A DNA stretch of 64,000 nucleotides. Source: Moniliella sp. 'wahieum'. Its lineage: Eukaryota. Below the pieces are notes generated by a model that was not told the origin of the DNA, ran no database searches, and was given only the letters and a program-made list of their open reading frames with translations. Made by a program: the position numbers and the translations under genes. This document shows positions 62,134-64,000 of this stretch, piece after piece. The stretch covers positions 558,001 through 622,000 of the forward strand of contig RSEE01000020.1 in the NCBI GenBank assembly GCA_003971905.1, written 5' to 3'. The first letter of the stretch is position 1, and each line of letters begins with the position of its first letter.

Positions 62134-62910
62134 CGAACTGAAACCTTCATCCAAGTCATCCGAGTCTCGTTGGGTTGGCCAGGGGGGTGGACGAGGGGAA
62201 CGCACCCAGCTGGAATTGAACGGTGTATATCGCGAGGCAGGTAAAGTTAGACTACTAGCCACGGAGCCACAAATAGCAAGCATCACTTACGGTTGGCTTG
62301 GGTGGCCAAGACCGAAGACGGGTATAACTTACCACCTGCGCTTGGCCATCCGGCCAATTGGTTCGCTCTCTGCTTAGCGTCTGGCCGCATTGGTTCGATC
62401 CCGGAACAGCTAGAGAGAGTAGCAGTAGGAAGTAGCATCGTGAGGATCGTCAAATCGATTAGTCGGGGATGCCGTGTAACGGTAACTACTGTGGATTGCT
62501 TTTCTACATGGCGCTGCACTTCCCAGATTCGTGCGCCGGCATCAGACCGGATGTGGTGCGGCTGCCGTCGAGCCACCTCCCGCCCCTGGTCGTCGTCGTG
62601 GAATACTGGCGAATATTGACGCTGACAGTGGCTGGACCTGGATGGTTTCCGAGCGCAATGCATCCCCCCATCTTCGCCGACTGGCCTTCAAGCTTCAAGC
62701 TTCAACGACATGCGAATGATTAATGATCAAAGGCATGACGCGTGACGTCTGACGCATGCATGACGGCCGTGCGTGCGGAATTCAGTGCTTCATCCCCGCC
62801 CCATTCTGGGCTATTTCCGCCTGGCAGGCGTCCAACCCAACGAACGCCCAACGCCACGCCACGCCTCGCCTCACCTTGCCTCGCATCGCGCCTCCTCGAC
62901 CACCATCGCA

Positions 62911-63656
62911 ATGGAAGACGCTGACCTGCAAGCCATCCGCCAAGCACGTCTCGCCCAGCTGCAACAGGGTGCGCCTACAGGAGGAGCAGGTACGTTGAGA
63001 GTCGAATCAGTGTCTTTGGCTGTGCGAGGCCAACTGACCGCTGCCTTGTGGCTCAGGCGCCGGCCCATCCATGCGCGGCGGAGCAGACCAGGAAGAACAG
63101 CGCGCAGCCCAAGAGGAGATGAAACGGGACCTCTTGACTCGCATTCTCGATCCCAGTGCGCGAGAACGGCGTATGTATTGATTGTTCCACCTTCCCTTCC
63201 CCTTCCCCTCCTTCCTTTCCCCTTCCCCTTCCCTTCCCCTTCCTTTCCTAGCGTAGCACCGTGACTGATCTGTCTGTGGTGGGGGGTAGTATCGCGAATT
63301 GCTCTCGTCAAGCCCGCCAAGGCAGATGCGATCACCAATCTGCTAGTCCAACTGGCCAAGTCCGGCCAGATTCGGCAACGCGTGTCTGAGCGTGAACTGA
63401 TTGACCTGCTGGACCAAGTGGAGCAGCGCTCGGGGGGCGACAGCGAGCCTAAGATCATTGTATGTCCCATGTCTATCTTCTCCCTTGGGCACTATTTCCT
63501 TACCTTGATGGTGAACAAGCCTGTTTCCGGCAATGTGTTTCCTGGCCCTCGTACACTTGAAGGATGGGATTCGGAAACGGAAACTGACCCCACTTTTGGC
63601 AGATGGCACGCAAGAAGCAAGTTCTGGATGACTCGGACGACGACTTCGACCTGTAG
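62911..63656 (+). CDS. PDCD5: Programmed cell death protein 5 homolog
   Basis: MEDADLQAIRQARLAQLQ, ILDPSARER|LSRIALVKP..LVQLAKSGQI..VSERELIDLL, DDSDDDFDL*. Introns 62990-63056, 63171-63289 and 63460-63602. Confidence 0.94.
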
Positions 63657-64000
63657 CTCCTTTGGCAATGCAGATGGCATCCACAATTTCCTATCGTCTC
63701 TGTCGCCATGATACATGTTTGCTCATGTGACGACGGGATTGTCCTGGTCCTAGCCTTTTCCCAATTTATCTTAGAGGAAGTTCAAGTGCAGAGTTAGATA
63801 GTATGATGCGCCCAAGGGGAGGACCAATCCCACTTCCTGCAGGTGGAGGGGTCAGAAAAGGCTGAGATATGGTCCCCCACGTTCTGGCGCTTGAAGGTTG
63901 ACGAAGTGTCCGCTTCTTCATATGCTTGGGCAGTCTTCTACCTTGGCATGAATCGATGTACATCATGGCGCAGTGGTTTGAGGCGCACTATCACAACTCT

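Noticed and set aside
63766..64000. 3' end of a minus-strand gene at the right edge
   Set aside because: Short open frame with no recognisable motif. It cannot be supported from this window.
1..64000. Mating-type locus or secondary-metabolite cluster
   Set aside because: No homeodomain, pheromone/receptor, PKS, NRPS or terpene synthase genes were recognised.

Overview
This is a GC-rich, gene-dense eukaryotic window with short GT-AG introns and CTRAC branch points, most consistent with a basidiomycete fungus. Nearly every long gene has 1-nt frameshifts, often at homopolymers. This looks like uncorrected long-read error, so gene models were rebuilt by hand across frames and some ends are approximate. 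Recognisable genes, left to right: CK2-alpha, ornithine aminotransferase, a HOL1-like MFS transporter, 60S P2, an LEA_2-like membrane protein, a Whi3/Scw1-like RRM protein, Vps17-like PX-BAR, a small secreted protein, LSM5, a type-II membrane protein, VPS33, GEM1/Miro, EPL1, dynein light intermediate chain, RNase T2, TRP14/TXNDC17, a Pcl-type cyclin, UFD2 and PDCD5. An accessory block at about 27.3-36.0 kb holds an orphan helical ORF, three paralogs of a small 4-TM protein with dileucine and PPPY motifs, and a 5'-truncated CACTA/EnSpm-like transposase wedged between two of the paralogs. Best leads: (1) a 27-nt stop-containing cassette ('poison') exon inside EPL1 intron 1; (2) the transposase-associated 4-TM/PY gene triplet; (3) the orphan ORF; (4) spaced hairpin repeats downstream of the OAT gene; (5) a UGCAU cluster downstream of the Whi3-like gene; (6) window-wide heptamer tandem repeats, many with palindromic cores. 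No rRNA, tRNA or CRISPR array was recognised.
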